From: Candidatus Hadarchaeum sp.
GTDB taxonomy: Archaea > Hadarchaeota > Hadarchaeia > Hadarchaeales > Hadarchaeaceae
Length of the DNA stretch: 64,000 nucleotides
NCBI GenBank assembly: GCA_020725895.1
Contig: DYTO01000002.1
Span: 3,966-67,965, forward strand
Reading direction: 5' to 3'
Of the stretch, positions 8,570 to 18,464 are shown in pieces. Made by a program: the position numbers and the translations under genes. The stretch's first letter is position 1; each line of letters opens with the position of its first letter. The notes beneath the pieces were generated by a model, which made no database searches, was not told the origin of the DNA, and saw nothing but the letters and a program-made list of their open reading frames with translations.

Positions 8570-9148
8570 ATGCCCGCTAGCAAGGAAGAGAAGTTGCGAT
8601 GGCTTGAGGCCGAGGCGGAGGATTGCAAACTTTGCAGACTTAACGAGGGGAGGGGTAACGTAGTTTTCGGGGTCGGGCCGGCAAATGCAAAAATCATGCT
8701 ACTGGCCGAGGCTCCAGGACGAATGGAAGACAAAACGGGCGTTCCCTTCGCTGGGGCGGCCGGAAAGTTCCTGAACAAGCTTTTGCTAGAGGCCGGGTTG
8801 AAGAGAGAAGAGACATACATAACGAACGTTGTCATGTCGCGCCCGCCCAACAACAGGAAACCTTTGCCCGATGAAATCGGATTTTGCAGGCCTTTTCTAA
8901 AGGGAAAGATTTCGATAATCAAGCCGGAACTGGTTGTTTCTCTTGGCGCTACCGCGTCCGAGGAGCTTTTGGGGAGGCGGGTTGTCCTGGGCTCGGAGCA
9001 CGGCACCCTTCAGGATTGCGAATACGCCGGCGTCAAGTTCAAGCTATTCGTTTCTTACCATCCGGCAGCAGCGCTGTACGGCGGGCAGACTAGGCTGAAA
9101 CTGCAGGAGGACTTCAAGAAGCTCGGGAAACTCGCGGAAAAAATTTAA
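8570..9148 (+). CDS. udg: uracil-DNA glycosylase, family 4 (4Fe-4S type)
   Basis: It carries the CKLCRL...GEGPANAKIMLLAEAPGRMEDKTGVPFAGAAGKFL motif. The ORF track starts at 8543, but the Met at 8570 lies just after the upstream stop. Confidence 0.85.
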   Translation: MPASKEEKLRWLEAEAEDCKLCRLNEGRGNVVFGVGPANAKIMLLAEAPGRMEDKTGVPFAGAAGKFLNKLLLEAGLKREETYITNVVMSRPPNNRKPLPDEIGFCRPFLKGKISIIKPELVVSLGATASEELLGRRVVLGSEHGTLQDCEYAGVKFKLFVSYHPAAALYGGQTRLKLQEDFKKLGKLAEKI

Positions 9149-9810
9149 TCGATATTTTTCAGGTCGATGACCCTTGCTTCCACGGATTTCAAAATTTCCG
9201 CCGGGATATCCCAAACGTTTTTCGCGTGTTCGATAACCGCCCTGTCGCTTGTCGCCACGACCCCGTAACGTCTCAGTTTCATGTCGACCCCGACAACAGC
9301 CTTGGCCGCGCCCCTCACGTCGGCGATTTTCATCACCTTTCTGAATTCGGAGGCAGTATCGCCGCTATGGCCAACCTGTTTGTCGAAGAGGACATCCATA
9401 GATTTCACACCCGAACTTTTGATGATGCTTACGATCAGAGGGATTGCTTTGGAAGTTACGTGAGATTTTCGATATTTCCCGAACACTGCCCTGAGGTCCC
9501 TGACATAACCATCGTCGCAGGCAACGACAACTTTCCCCATCAGAATGCTCTCCATAGTTATAAGCAGGTTATATCCGTCAACGCCCAATCTCTTCCCGCG
9601 CAACCCCGCAACCCCAACGGCCTTTCCAGAGTTCTTATCGATTTCTCTCGTGGAAAAAACGCACCTCGCCAGAAAGTGCCTGACCTCAAGTGGGAAGCGG
9701 TAGTGGTTCGTGACGAAGTTCAGCGCCGTCGTACGCGAATAGCCGCGGTTGAGCAAGAACCTGAGTTCCTGGACGGCACCCACAACTTCAGGCGGTGGCG
9801 TGACAGACAT
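9145..9810 (-). CDS. conserved archaeal hypothetical protein (DUF434-like)
   Basis: A 221-aa ORF with good coding statistics. No catalytic motif was recognised. Confidence 0.45.
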   Translation of the reverse strand: MSVTPPPEVVGAVQELRFLLNRGYSRTTALNFVTNHYRFPLEVRHFLARCVFSTREIDKNSGKAVGVAGLRGKRLGVDGYNLLITMESILMGKVVVACDDGYVRDLRAVFGKYRKSHVTSKAIPLIVSIIKSSGVKSMDVLFDKQVGHSGDTASEFRKVMKIADVRGAAKAVVGVDMKLRRYGVVATSDRAVIEHAKNVWDIPAEILKSVEARVIDLKNID

Positions 9811-9816
9811 CCGCCA

Positions 9817-12711
9817 CTACCCCAGATAAATCGCCGGTCTCAGAGGGATGCTGCCAACTGCCCTATTCTCCGGGTCGAACCTAGCTTGGTCGTCAGATAT
9901 GAAGACCATCACCTGGAGGCCGAGCTGGTCTCTCATAAAGTCAGACGCCTCCTCGAGCACAGAGAACTCATCTATCTTTACGCCCTTTATCAGTTCAATC
10001 TTCTCCTCGGCCGTCTCCCTCAGGCTCGCCACCATCTGCTGCAGGAGCTTTGAGAGGTCGGCCTTGTGCAGCCGCAGCCCCAGCTCGCTCTCGACTCCCT
10101 TCAGAAGCGCGCCGAAGTCGAACTTCCCTCCGCGCACCTTTTCCATGACCTTCAGGTACGCCTTCCATTTCCAATCCTGCGCGACGTAGACGCACACCTT
10201 CGTCGGTTTCGCCTTGATGACCTTCTTTATCTTGGCGATGTCCTCGATCACCCTCGTGACGTAATCCTCCGAGAACTCCACGCCCCTGTCTATCTTTTTC
10301 TCCTCCACGGCGGGCCACTCGGTAGAAGATATGAAGTTGTCATTGCCCAGCCTCTCCCAGAGTTCCTCGCAAGTGTGCGGGGTGAACGGGGCGAGAAGCC
10401 TGAGCCAGACGTCAAGCACATTTTTCAAAGTCTTAGTCCTCGCCTCGGGGGTGCTCGCCCGCTTCATGTATCGCCTCACGTCCTGCATTATCATGAAGAA
10501 CGAGTGCTGCACCGCCCTCCTCGTCTCGAACGCCTCCAGCGCCTCGGTCGCAGCCTTGACGTGGGTCTGGAGCCTGCTCAGCATCCAGCGCTCCGGCTGC
10601 CCCATTGCCGTCGCCCCCTCGCCCGGCATCGCGATTATCTCCTCCGCCAGAGAATAGAACCTATCCAGGCTCCTCTGCATTGCCTCGACCTCGGAGGTCT
10701 TCCAGTCCATGTCCTGCCAGGGCTCCGAGACGGACATCAGGTATATTCTCACGGTGTCCGCGCCGTACTTCTTCACCGCCTCGTTGATCGCGATGATGTT
10801 GCCCTTGGACGATGACATCTTCTGCCCCTCGAGTATCGCGATCCCGAAGCTGACGATGCCGCGCGGGCAGTACTTCGGCAGAAGCTGGGCGTGGTGGAAG
10901 ATGTGGAAAGTCAGGTGGTTCGGGATGAGCTCGTTCGCCGAGACGCGGTAGTCGAGCGGGTACCAGTACTCGAACTCTTTCCTCATCTGCTCGAGCTTGC
11001 CCTTTTCGATGCCGGTGTCCGCGGAAATCTTTCCAGCGTCGCCCTTCGCATCGAACACGTAGTCGAAAACAGCGTCGTTCAGCGACCCGGCCTCCACGGT
11101 TTTCAGGATGTGCGAAATCGTGTAGTATGCCATGTAAATCGTCGAGTCGCTCAGAGATTCTATTATCCAGCCCGGGTCCCAGTGGGCTGGCGTCCCCATT
11201 CCGATCTTCCTCGTGCAGGGCCACTCGTGGAGCCAATCCATCGTGTGCTCGAACTGCGCCCTGCTCTCCGGCGGGATCAGCTTCATGCTGGCAAGGCACT
11301 TCTTCGCCTTGGATTTCCACGTCTCGTCCGCGTAGTTCAGGAACCACTGGTCCTCGACAATCTTGATCACGACGGGCGTCCCGCACCTGCAAGTGACAGG
11401 CCTCGATGCGAACTCGTACATCGTCGCGGCCTCCTTGTCGGCGAGCATCTCCTCCCGAACTGCTGTCTTCGCCTCCGAGACGGGCATGTCCTCGTATCCC
11501 TGGACCCACGAGCGCATCTTCCCCTTCGCGAACTCGTTGCGATAGACCTCGGCAGTCGCCTGCTCGAGCTTGTGGTCCGTCTGCCTCTTGATCCCCATCT
11601 TGTTCACGACGTCGATGGCGGGCGATTCACCGAAGCCCGGGACTTCTATGAGTGATATCGGCTCCAGCTTCATCACTTTCTGCGGGTCGATCCCGCTGTG
11701 GGCGAGCAAATCGACCTGCTGCTGGGCCTCGATCAATGCGATGTAGTCGTAAGGCGCGTGGGCCGGGACCGAGCCGACGACTCCCGTGGCGTTGTTCTCG
11801 TCGACGAAAACCGCCGGAAGGATCGGCACCTTCTTGTGAGTCAGCGGCACCTCGACCTCCTGGCTGAAGTCTATCTTGAAAGGCTTCGCTTCGCCGACAT
11901 TGTATCCCTGCTGCCTGAGCTTTTCAATTGCCGGCTCGCTGACAACCCAGCTCTCGCCGTCCACCTGAACCGCGACGTAGTTCACGTTAGGGTTGAGCCA
12001 CAGGTTCGTCACGCCGAAGACAGTCTCCGGGCGGAGAGTCGCCGCCGGGAGAACGTAGTCGCCAAGGCGGTACTTCAGCAGCGTGAACTCGACAGTTTCC
12101 ACGCCTTCCCCCTCGAGTAGGTCGTGGTCTGTCACGGGGTTCCCGTCCGATGTGCACCACTTGACCGGGTGCTTCCCCTTCACTATCAGCCCCGCGTCCC
12201 ATAGCTTGTGATACTGCCAGGTGATGAACTTGCTGTAGTGTGGGTCGACGGTTGTCAGCTCCCTGCGCCAGTCAATCGAGAATCCCAGCCACTCCATCCC
12301 CTTCCGATAGCTGAGGTCGCTCTCCCTCGCGAAGTAATTGGCGTAGAAGTGTGGGTTCTCAAAGTCCTTCAAAGACTCCTCCGGGATACCGTAGCGCTCG
12401 GTCAGAACATTTATGAATTTCGTGTCTCTCGATGCGACTCTCTTGGCCGCGCCGACTATCGGCGTTCCGGTGAAGTGGTAACCCATCGGGAAAAGGACGT
12501 TGAAGCCCTGCATTCGCTTGAATCTCGCAATGACATCGGGGATTGTGTACGTCCTTCCATGCCCGACATGACAAGGGCCCGAGACGTAAGGAAATGCAGC
12601 CGTGACGTACCACTTGGGCCTTTTATCAGGCTCGACCTCAAAAAGTTGGTCCTCGCGCCAAGCGTCCTGCCATTTCTTGTCGATATCCTGCCAGTTCACC
12701 ATGAAATCCAA
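9817..12711 (-). CDS. leuS: leucyl-tRNA synthetase (archaeal type)
   Basis: 964 aa with a HIGH-region PYVSGPCHVGHGRTY, a KMSKS-like KMSSSKGN and an editing domain. The stop is TAG. Confidence 0.95.
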   Translation of the reverse strand: MDFMVNWQDIDKKWQDAWREDQLFEVEPDKRPKWYVTAAFPYVSGPCHVGHGRTYTIPDVIARFKRMQGFNVLFPMGYHFTGTPIVGAAKRVASRDTKFINVLTERYGIPEESLKDFENPHFYANYFARESDLSYRKGMEWLGFSIDWRRELTTVDPHYSKFITWQYHKLWDAGLIVKGKHPVKWCTSDGNPVTDHDLLEGEGVETVEFTLLKYRLGDYVLPAATLRPETVFGVTNLWLNPNVNYVAVQVDGESWVVSEPAIEKLRQQGYNVGEAKPFKIDFSQEVEVPLTHKKVPILPAVFVDENNATGVVGSVPAHAPYDYIALIEAQQQVDLLAHSGIDPQKVMKLEPISLIEVPGFGESPAIDVVNKMGIKRQTDHKLEQATAEVYRNEFAKGKMRSWVQGYEDMPVSEAKTAVREEMLADKEAATMYEFASRPVTCRCGTPVVIKIVEDQWFLNYADETWKSKAKKCLASMKLIPPESRAQFEHTMDWLHEWPCTRKIGMGTPAHWDPGWIIESLSDSTIYMAYYTISHILKTVEAGSLNDAVFDYVFDAKGDAGKISADTGIEKGKLEQMRKEFEYWYPLDYRVSANELIPNHLTFHIFHHAQLLPKYCPRGIVSFGIAILEGQKMSSSKGNIIAINEAVKKYGADTVRIYLMSVSEPWQDMDWKTSEVEAMQRSLDRFYSLAEEIIAMPGEGATAMGQPERWMLSRLQTHVKAATEALEAFETRRAVQHSFFMIMQDVRRYMKRASTPEARTKTLKNVLDVWLRLLAPFTPHTCEELWERLGNDNFISSTEWPAVEEKKIDRGVEFSEDYVTRVIEDIAKIKKVIKAKPTKVCVYVAQDWKWKAYLKVMEKVRGGKFDFGALLKGVESELGLRLHKADLSKLLQQMVASLRETAEEKIELIKGVKIDEFSVLEEASDFMRDQLGLQVMVFISDDQARFDPENRAVGSIPLRPAIYLG

Positions 12712-12742
12712 ATCTCCTTCCGTTTCTTTCCTTTAGTATTTT

Positions 12743-15475
12743 CTATAAAACTCCGTGCTCGACGCACATATCAGTCGCCCGCTGGATCGCCTGGGCCAGG
12801 TTCTCCTTCTTCGGCCCGCCGCCCTGCCCGATGTTGGGCTTGCCACCGCCGCCACCGCCAAGAACTCTCGCAGCCTCGGCAGCCACCTCGCCGCAGTCCA
12901 GCCCCGTCTTCGCAGCCACCTCGCCCGCCATCACCACAACCTTCGCAAGGTCGTCGCTCGCGCCGAGTATCGCTACGAGCCTCGGGTCGTCCTTGATGAC
13001 GCTCTCGCCTATCTTCACTAGCTCGTCCGGCTTCGCACCCTCGACCTCCGTGCTCACGATCTTGATCTTCCCGAACTCCTTCACCATCGATTTCAGCTCA
13101 ATTAGCATGTGCTTCGCGACCCTCGCCTGCATCCTCTCTATCTCCTTCCTCGCCTCCCTCCACGACTCGTAGAGCTGCTGCGTCGCTGGAACCACCTTGT
13201 CCACCGGCACCCTCAGAATCCCAGCCGAGTGCGCGATCTGGCTCTCCTGCTCCTGCACGAACTGGAGTGCGGCGTCGCCGGTCGCGAACTCGATCCTCTC
13301 AATCCCATCTTGGATCCTCTCGGTCCTGATTATCTTGATGAGGCCGACCTCGCCTGTCCTCGTGTAGTGTGTCCCCGCGCAAGCCTGTGTGTTCCAGCCC
13401 TCTATGTCGACCACGCGAACCTTCTTGCCGGGCACGACGCCGCCCTGGTACAGGTCGAATCCGTACTTCCCCTCCGCCTCGTTCCTTTCCATCCAGACTG
13501 CCTTCACAGGCCTGTCCTCCCGAACAACATCGTTGGCCAGCCGCTCTATCCTCTTGATTTCGTCGATCCCCATTCTCCTGAAGTGCGAGATGTCTAGGCG
13601 GGTCCTGTCGACGCCCTTCTGCGCGCCTTGCTGCCAGACGTGGTCGCCGAGAACTCTCCTAATCGCGCCGAGAAGGATGTGCGTCCCAGTGTGGTGTGTC
13701 ATCAGGGAACTCCTCCTCACCCAGTCAAGCCGCCCGGTCACCGTCTGCCCCGGCCTGAACTCGTTTGGCTTCACCTGATGAAGGATGACATCACCTGCCT
13801 TCACGACCTTCTTCACCTGCGCCTTCGACTTTTTCGTTTCCATCTCGCCGACGTCCGACGGCTGGCCGCCGCCCTCAGGGTAGAATGCCGTCTTGTTTAG
13901 AACGACGTAATCTCCGATCGATTTCAAAACCCTCGCCCTGAACTCGCGAGCGTACGGGTCGGTGTAATGGATCGGCTTCGTCGCCGGCAGGTCCTTCAGC
14001 GCCTCGATTGGGAGCGGCGAAACTTCCGTCGGGACGTGCCTCGGCTTGCTGTGGGACTTTGCGACCTTGATGTAGAAGTCCTCCGGGACCTCGACCTTCA
14101 CGCCTGCCCTCTCCGCGACCTCCTTCACGGTCTCGGGCGGCAACCCATGGCTGTCGTAAAGTTGGATGAGGCTGTTCACGGGGAGCACGCCCTCCTTGGT
14201 GAAGAGGTCCTTGGCCACGCGCTCGACGAGCCTCGACCCCCGCGCAATCGACTCCGAGTATCTCTTCTCCTCCTCAGCGACGACCTTTGTTATGTAGTCG
14301 TACTTCGCCGCGATGTCTGGGAACTGCCTTTCAAGAGTTTTGATCGCGAAGCCTATCAGTTCAGAAAGCGGCCTGTTGATGCCGAGATCCTTCATCATCC
14401 TGAGCGTGCGCCTCAAGACCAGCCTCGCCAGGTAGCCTTCGCGTACGTTGCTCGGCGTTATCCCGTCCGCGAGCATGAATGAAAGGCACCTCAGGTGGTC
14501 GGCTATCGCGTAGAGGTTCTCGAGAGGCGTCAGCAGCCTGTTCAGCTCGGAGATGTCCATCCCGACCCTCTTCGCGACATTCGTGCGCAGGATGTTCATG
14601 TCTCGTCCGCTGTCGATGTCGATCACTCCCGCGAGCTTCGAGTTCTCGCGGAGTATCTCATTCGGAGGCATCTGCACTTTACACAGCTCGTGCAGGTAGT
14701 TGATGATCTGGCCAAGCACTGGCTCGTAGCTCGTCGGCGTCCCCTGTGATAGCCAGACTAGGCGCTCCATTCCGTAACCGGTGTCAACGATATCCAGCGG
14801 CAAGGGCTTGTACTTCCCTCCCTCCCCATCGTAATGCATGAACACCAGCGTCGCCACCTCGAGTCCGCGAACGTTCACCTCAAAGTCCTCGCCAGCGTTT
14901 CCCCCGCCCTCCCAGTAGTCCTGGATGTACGTGATCTCGGCGGGCTTTATCCCGACCTTCCTCGTGAGGAACTCGTGGCAGAGCTCGACTGTCTCGTCAT
15001 TCCAGTATATCTTTTTCTTGTCGTTGAACGCGTGGTGCCCGCCCATGAAGAAAAGTGTGAAGTGGCGACCCGACCTCCCGACGTTGTCTATGTCCTTGAG
15101 ACGGATGCTCGGCTGGCTGATCACGAGGGGGTTCGCGGGCGGCGGGACCTGGCCGCTCGTCACCCACGGCTGGAAGTCGGCAATCGATGCAATCGTGAGA
15201 AAAATATCGTCGCGCCAGCGGGCCACGACCGGGTATCGTTTTATCGCCTTGTGCTTCTTTCGCTCGAAGAAATCAAGGAAAGTCTTCTCCATCTTCTGGA
15301 GTGAGAATCTCTGTTTTGTCGGAGGTTTTCCTATGAAAGTGTACTCTTCGCAGGGGGTGTCGCCGCATGTCTTCTTATCCGGGTTGAGCGTCCAGAAAGT
15401 TCGACCGCATCCGCTGCACTGCTTGCGGACGAAACCCTTCTGCTTGAAAAGCTCTACTTCGTATATATCGCTCAC
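12743..15475 (-). CDS. alaS: alanyl-tRNA synthetase
   Basis: 910 aa with an archaeal AlaRS N-terminus and the editing-domain HxxxH...CxxxH motif MTHHTGTHILL. The stop is TAG. Confidence 0.95.
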   Translation of the reverse strand: MSDIYEVELFKQKGFVRKQCSGCGRTFWTLNPDKKTCGDTPCEEYTFIGKPPTKQRFSLQKMEKTFLDFFERKKHKAIKRYPVVARWRDDIFLTIASIADFQPWVTSGQVPPPANPLVISQPSIRLKDIDNVGRSGRHFTLFFMGGHHAFNDKKKIYWNDETVELCHEFLTRKVGIKPAEITYIQDYWEGGGNAGEDFEVNVRGLEVATLVFMHYDGEGGKYKPLPLDIVDTGYGMERLVWLSQGTPTSYEPVLGQIINYLHELCKVQMPPNEILRENSKLAGVIDIDSGRDMNILRTNVAKRVGMDISELNRLLTPLENLYAIADHLRCLSFMLADGITPSNVREGYLARLVLRRTLRMMKDLGINRPLSELIGFAIKTLERQFPDIAAKYDYITKVVAEEEKRYSESIARGSRLVERVAKDLFTKEGVLPVNSLIQLYDSHGLPPETVKEVAERAGVKVEVPEDFYIKVAKSHSKPRHVPTEVSPLPIEALKDLPATKPIHYTDPYAREFRARVLKSIGDYVVLNKTAFYPEGGGQPSDVGEMETKKSKAQVKKVVKAGDVILHQVKPNEFRPGQTVTGRLDWVRRSSLMTHHTGTHILLGAIRRVLGDHVWQQGAQKGVDRTRLDISHFRRMGIDEIKRIERLANDVVREDRPVKAVWMERNEAEGKYGFDLYQGGVVPGKKVRVVDIEGWNTQACAGTHYTRTGEVGLIKIIRTERIQDGIERIEFATGDAALQFVQEQESQIAHSAGILRVPVDKVVPATQQLYESWREARKEIERMQARVAKHMLIELKSMVKEFGKIKIVSTEVEGAKPDELVKIGESVIKDDPRLVAILGASDDLAKVVVMAGEVAAKTGLDCGEVAAEAARVLGGGGGGKPNIGQGGGPKKENLAQAIQRATDMCVEHGVL

Positions 15476-15534
15476 TATCTCGCCAAGTGAAATAACATTG
15501 CCGGAGTTAAAAAGTTGTTTTCAGAATTCCTTAA

Positions 15535-15849
15535 TCAGCCGAACAGCGCGCCAAGACCGGCCAAGGCTTCCTCTTCCTTCTTCTCTTCCCTGGCTTCTTC
15601 CTTCTTCTCTTCCTTCTTGCCCTCGGCCTTCGCCGGAGCAGCGGCAGGCGCAGCGGCCGGTGCGGCCACAGCGACGGCAGCCGTCTTCACGGCGTCGTCA
15701 ATGTTCACTCCTTCGAGAGAAGCCACGAGTGCCTTCACCCTGGCCTCGTCAACGGCAATTCCGGCAGCCGAGATGACCTTCTTCAGGTTGTCCTCGTTCA
15801 CCGGTTGCTTTGCGTTGTGCAGCAAGAGTGCTGCGTGTATGTACTCCAT
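15535..15849 (-). CDS. rpl12: ribosomal stalk protein P1 (L12e)
   Basis: An N-terminal [11 protein letters not shown], an Ala/Pro hinge and a C-terminal [13 protein letters not shown]. Confidence 0.9.
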   Translation of the reverse strand: MEYIHAALLLHNAKQPVNEDNLKKVISAAGIAVDEARVKALVASLEGVNIDDAVKTAAVAVAAPAAAPAAAPAKAEGKKEEKKEEAREEKKEEEALAGLGALFG

Positions 15850-15905
15850 CAGTATCCCCTTTGTTTTAGTTCACGACCAATATAAATCATTTCGGTCACC
15901 GTTTT

Positions 15906-16943
15906 TTACCCGAAAAGTGCCCCCAGTCCGCCGATGGCCTCCTCTTCCTTCTTTTCATCCGGCTTTTCCTCCGCCTTCGCCTTCTCCTCCGCGGGTGCAG
16001 CGGCTGGCGCAGGTGCGGGCGCCGCAGCCGCAGCGGCCCCGATCGTCTCCTTGAGCTTTGCGCTCAACGCCTGCTCGTTCTTCGCTCCGATTACTCTTGC
16101 CAAGGCGAGCATCTCCGATTGTGCGATCGAAAGCAGCTCAGGCATCACGCCCTTGACAGTGACGCGCGCGTTTATCGCCAAGTTCTTGCTGAAGAAAGTT
16201 GCCTGTGACAAGAACAGGCCGACGTTAGATTTTGTCGGGTATGTTATGTTGAACGCTAAGTTGAAAGCGCTCGAGCCGGCGCCCTGGACTTCTGCCAGAA
16301 CCTGTTTCTCGTCTATGCTCAGCACGCTGGCAGTGAATAGAAGCCCGTCCTCGAAAGCCGCGCGGAGCTTCAACCCGAGCTCGAGCGGCATTATGCCGAA
16401 CTTTGCGAGCGTGTCCGAGATCTCCTTTGTTATGACATCGCCCTCCTTGACTATTTTGTGGTCCTCCAGGACGACGACCTTCCCCGCCTGAATCCTGGCC
16501 TTGAGGCCGACGCGCTGCAGCTCGCCGACAGCAGGGCCCGGCGGTAGGTCAGTGTCGCCCGCCGGGATGACGATGTCTCTCGGGGATTTCGACCCGGGCC
16601 TGGCGGAGGCGTTGACCTTGTTTTCTTTCAGGAACTTGTTCAGCTTGAACGGGTTGATCTTCGAAAGGATCACGCCCGACTGCCCACGGATCTGTCCCTT
16701 GAGCTCCACGAGTTTCGGGTTGTTCTCTGCGGCCCTGTCGAAGATTATGTCGAGAAGTGTGTTTTTTGTGACGATGATCGATGCCTGGTCCCTGAGCTTC
16801 TGTCTTATCTGCTGGAACTGCCGCGCGGGCAGCTCAGACATGTCGACTATCCCGATCACTGGATATTGCTTGATCTGCTCAGTGAGATCGTCAACAGTTT
16901 CCTTCTTCCAGTTCGCGACGTGGGAAGTTCTCGCAGCCATCAT
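15906..16943 (-). CDS. rplP0: ribosomal stalk protein P0 (L10e)
   Basis: 345 aa with a conserved P0 N-domain and a C-terminal ...EEAIGGLGALFG stalk motif. Confidence 0.9.
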   Translation of the reverse strand: MMAARTSHVANWKKETVDDLTEQIKQYPVIGIVDMSELPARQFQQIRQKLRDQASIIVTKNTLLDIIFDRAAENNPKLVELKGQIRGQSGVILSKINPFKLNKFLKENKVNASARPGSKSPRDIVIPAGDTDLPPGPAVGELQRVGLKARIQAGKVVVLEDHKIVKEGDVITKEISDTLAKFGIMPLELGLKLRAAFEDGLLFTASVLSIDEKQVLAEVQGAGSSAFNLAFNITYPTKSNVGLFLSQATFFSKNLAINARVTVKGVMPELLSIAQSEMLALARVIGAKNEQALSAKLKETIGAAAAAAPAPAPAAAPAEEKAKAEEKPDEKKEEEAIGGLGALFG

Positions 16944-17596
16944 TCCGTGACCACCAGCTTGACCGGCTTGCCCATCGAGCTCTTTAAGTAAGCGGCCCTC
17001 ACGTTCCCGCCTATCGAGCTTACTTTCCTCTCGACCTCTTCGAAGATTGTGACAACGTTATCCGCGAGCTGCTCGTTAGTCATCGATTCCTTCCCGATCC
17101 TTGCGTTAAGTCCGAGTTGCGCGCGAGATGAAATTCTGATGGTCTTTCTCATCTTTTCGATAAGAGGCGCCGGGTTTGCCGTCGGTGGGAGAGGCTTCGG
17201 CATCTTTGCGCGCGGACCCAGCACGGGCCCGAGAGTTTTACCTATCATTACCATGAAATCGGTCTGTGCCAATGTCAGGTCGAACTCGTTCGCCAGCTTC
17301 TTGATCGCCTTCTTGTTGCCCTCGAGTTCCGCGACATCTTCCTTGTTCATGACCTTGTCCGCGCCAGCGTTCTTCGCTAGGCGGGCTAGTTCACCGTCCC
17401 CGAGTACCAGGATCTTCTTCGGGTCACCAACGCCATGAGGTACGACGACGTCAAGGGAGAACTTGCTTTCGGGCTTTTTCAGGTCGAGCCCGCTCATCGT
17501 AATCGAGATGTCGACGCTCTGCTCGAACTTTTTCTTCTCGCTCTGCTCCCGCATCTGCTTGATTCCCTGCATCACGGCTTCCCTTGTGAGTGGCAT
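16940..17596 (-). CDS. rpl1: 50S ribosomal protein L1
   Basis: 218 aa of the L1 family, lying between L11 and P0 as in the canonical operon. Confidence 0.9.
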   Translation of the reverse strand: MPLTREAVMQGIKQMREQSEKKKFEQSVDISITMSGLDLKKPESKFSLDVVVPHGVGDPKKILVLGDGELARLAKNAGADKVMNKEDVAELEGNKKAIKKLANEFDLTLAQTDFMVMIGKTLGPVLGPRAKMPKPLPPTANPAPLIEKMRKTIRISSRAQLGLNARIGKESMTNEQLADNVVTIFEEVERKVSSIGGNVRAAYLKSSMGKPVKLVVTE

Positions 17597-18390
17597 TATT
17601 TCTTGCCCTCCGCTTTCTTCTCTTCCCTCCTGCCTTCAGCCTTCTCAGGGGCTTTCTCGACAGCCTTTTCCTTGCCGCCCTTCTCTTTACCCTTTTCCTC
17701 GGCAGCCGGCTTTGCCTCGGCCTTCTTCTCGCCGGCGGCCTCGGCGGGCTTGGCCTCGGCAGGCGCGGCGGCCGCAGCGGCAGCCTTCGCCTCCTCGAGC
17801 TTCTTCTCTTCCTCGGCCTTCTTCTCGGCGGCTATCCTCTTCTCCTCCTTGAGCTTCTCGAAGAGCTTCGTCTGCTCCTTCTCGAGCGCCTCCAGCTCCT
17901 CCTTTGAGATTTTGCCTTCGAAAATCATGTCGTACGTTCCACTGTCAATCTCCTTCTGGACCTCCCGCGGATCCCTGCCCTCGACAGTGATGCCCATGAC
18001 GACGCAGGTCCCGATGACCTCCTTGACGGCCGCCTTGATTGTTTTCGCAAAAGTTCCCGGCAGCTTCATCTTGGCGATTTCAATAGCCTTGTAAAGCGGA
18101 AGGTTCCCGACGAGCTCGGTGCCCGGGGTCTTCGCAGCCTTCTCAATGCCGAGCTGCTTCTTCACGAGCGCAGATGTCGGCGGCGTCCCCACCTCGACCT
18201 CGAACTTCTTGGTCGCGCCGTCCACGATTAGAGTGACAGGGACTTTCATCCCCTGGAAAGATGCGGTCTTCTCGTTGATCTTGGCCACCACCTGCCCGAC
18301 GTTGACGCCGAGCGGTCCGAGAGCCGGACCTAGCGGTGGCCCAGCCGATGCCTTGCCTCCGTCCACTAGCAGTTTTATCTTCGAGCCCAT
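17596..18390 (-). CDS. rpl11: 50S ribosomal protein L11 with an unusual ~100-aa Lys/Glu/Ala-rich C-terminal extension
   Basis: The N-terminal ~165 aa is a canonical L11, MGSKIKLLVDGGKASAGPPLGPALGPLGVNV...YDMIFEG. The same ORF then continues EKLKEEKRIAAEKKAEEEKK...KKAEGKK to the stop. Confidence 0.85.
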   Translation of the reverse strand: MGSKIKLLVDGGKASAGPPLGPALGPLGVNVGQVVAKINEKTASFQGMKVPVTLIVDGATKKFEVEVGTPPTSALVKKQLGIEKAAKTPGTELVGNLPLYKAIEIAKMKLPGTFAKTIKAAVKEVIGTCVVMGITVEGRDPREVQKEIDSGTYDMIFEGKISKEELEALEKEQTKLFEKLKEEKRIAAEKKAEEEKKLEEAKAAAAAAAPAEAKPAEAAGEKKAEAKPAAEEKGKEKGGKEKAVEKAPEKAEGRREEKKAEGKK

Positions 18391-18464
18391 TCTATCTTTC
18401 TCCTATTGCACTACCTCAAAAATGAGCATTAGGCGTTAAAAAGGGTGTGTGGCAGAGGGTTTCC

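Noticed and set aside
9226-11655. Long ORFs antisense to leuS (9226-10053, 10066-10815, 10661-11509, 10891-11655)
   Set aside because: They are GC-rich frame-shadow ORFs entirely inside a well-conserved synthetase gene. Their composition is low-complexity and Arg/Pro/Gly-rich, and they have no homology-like motifs.
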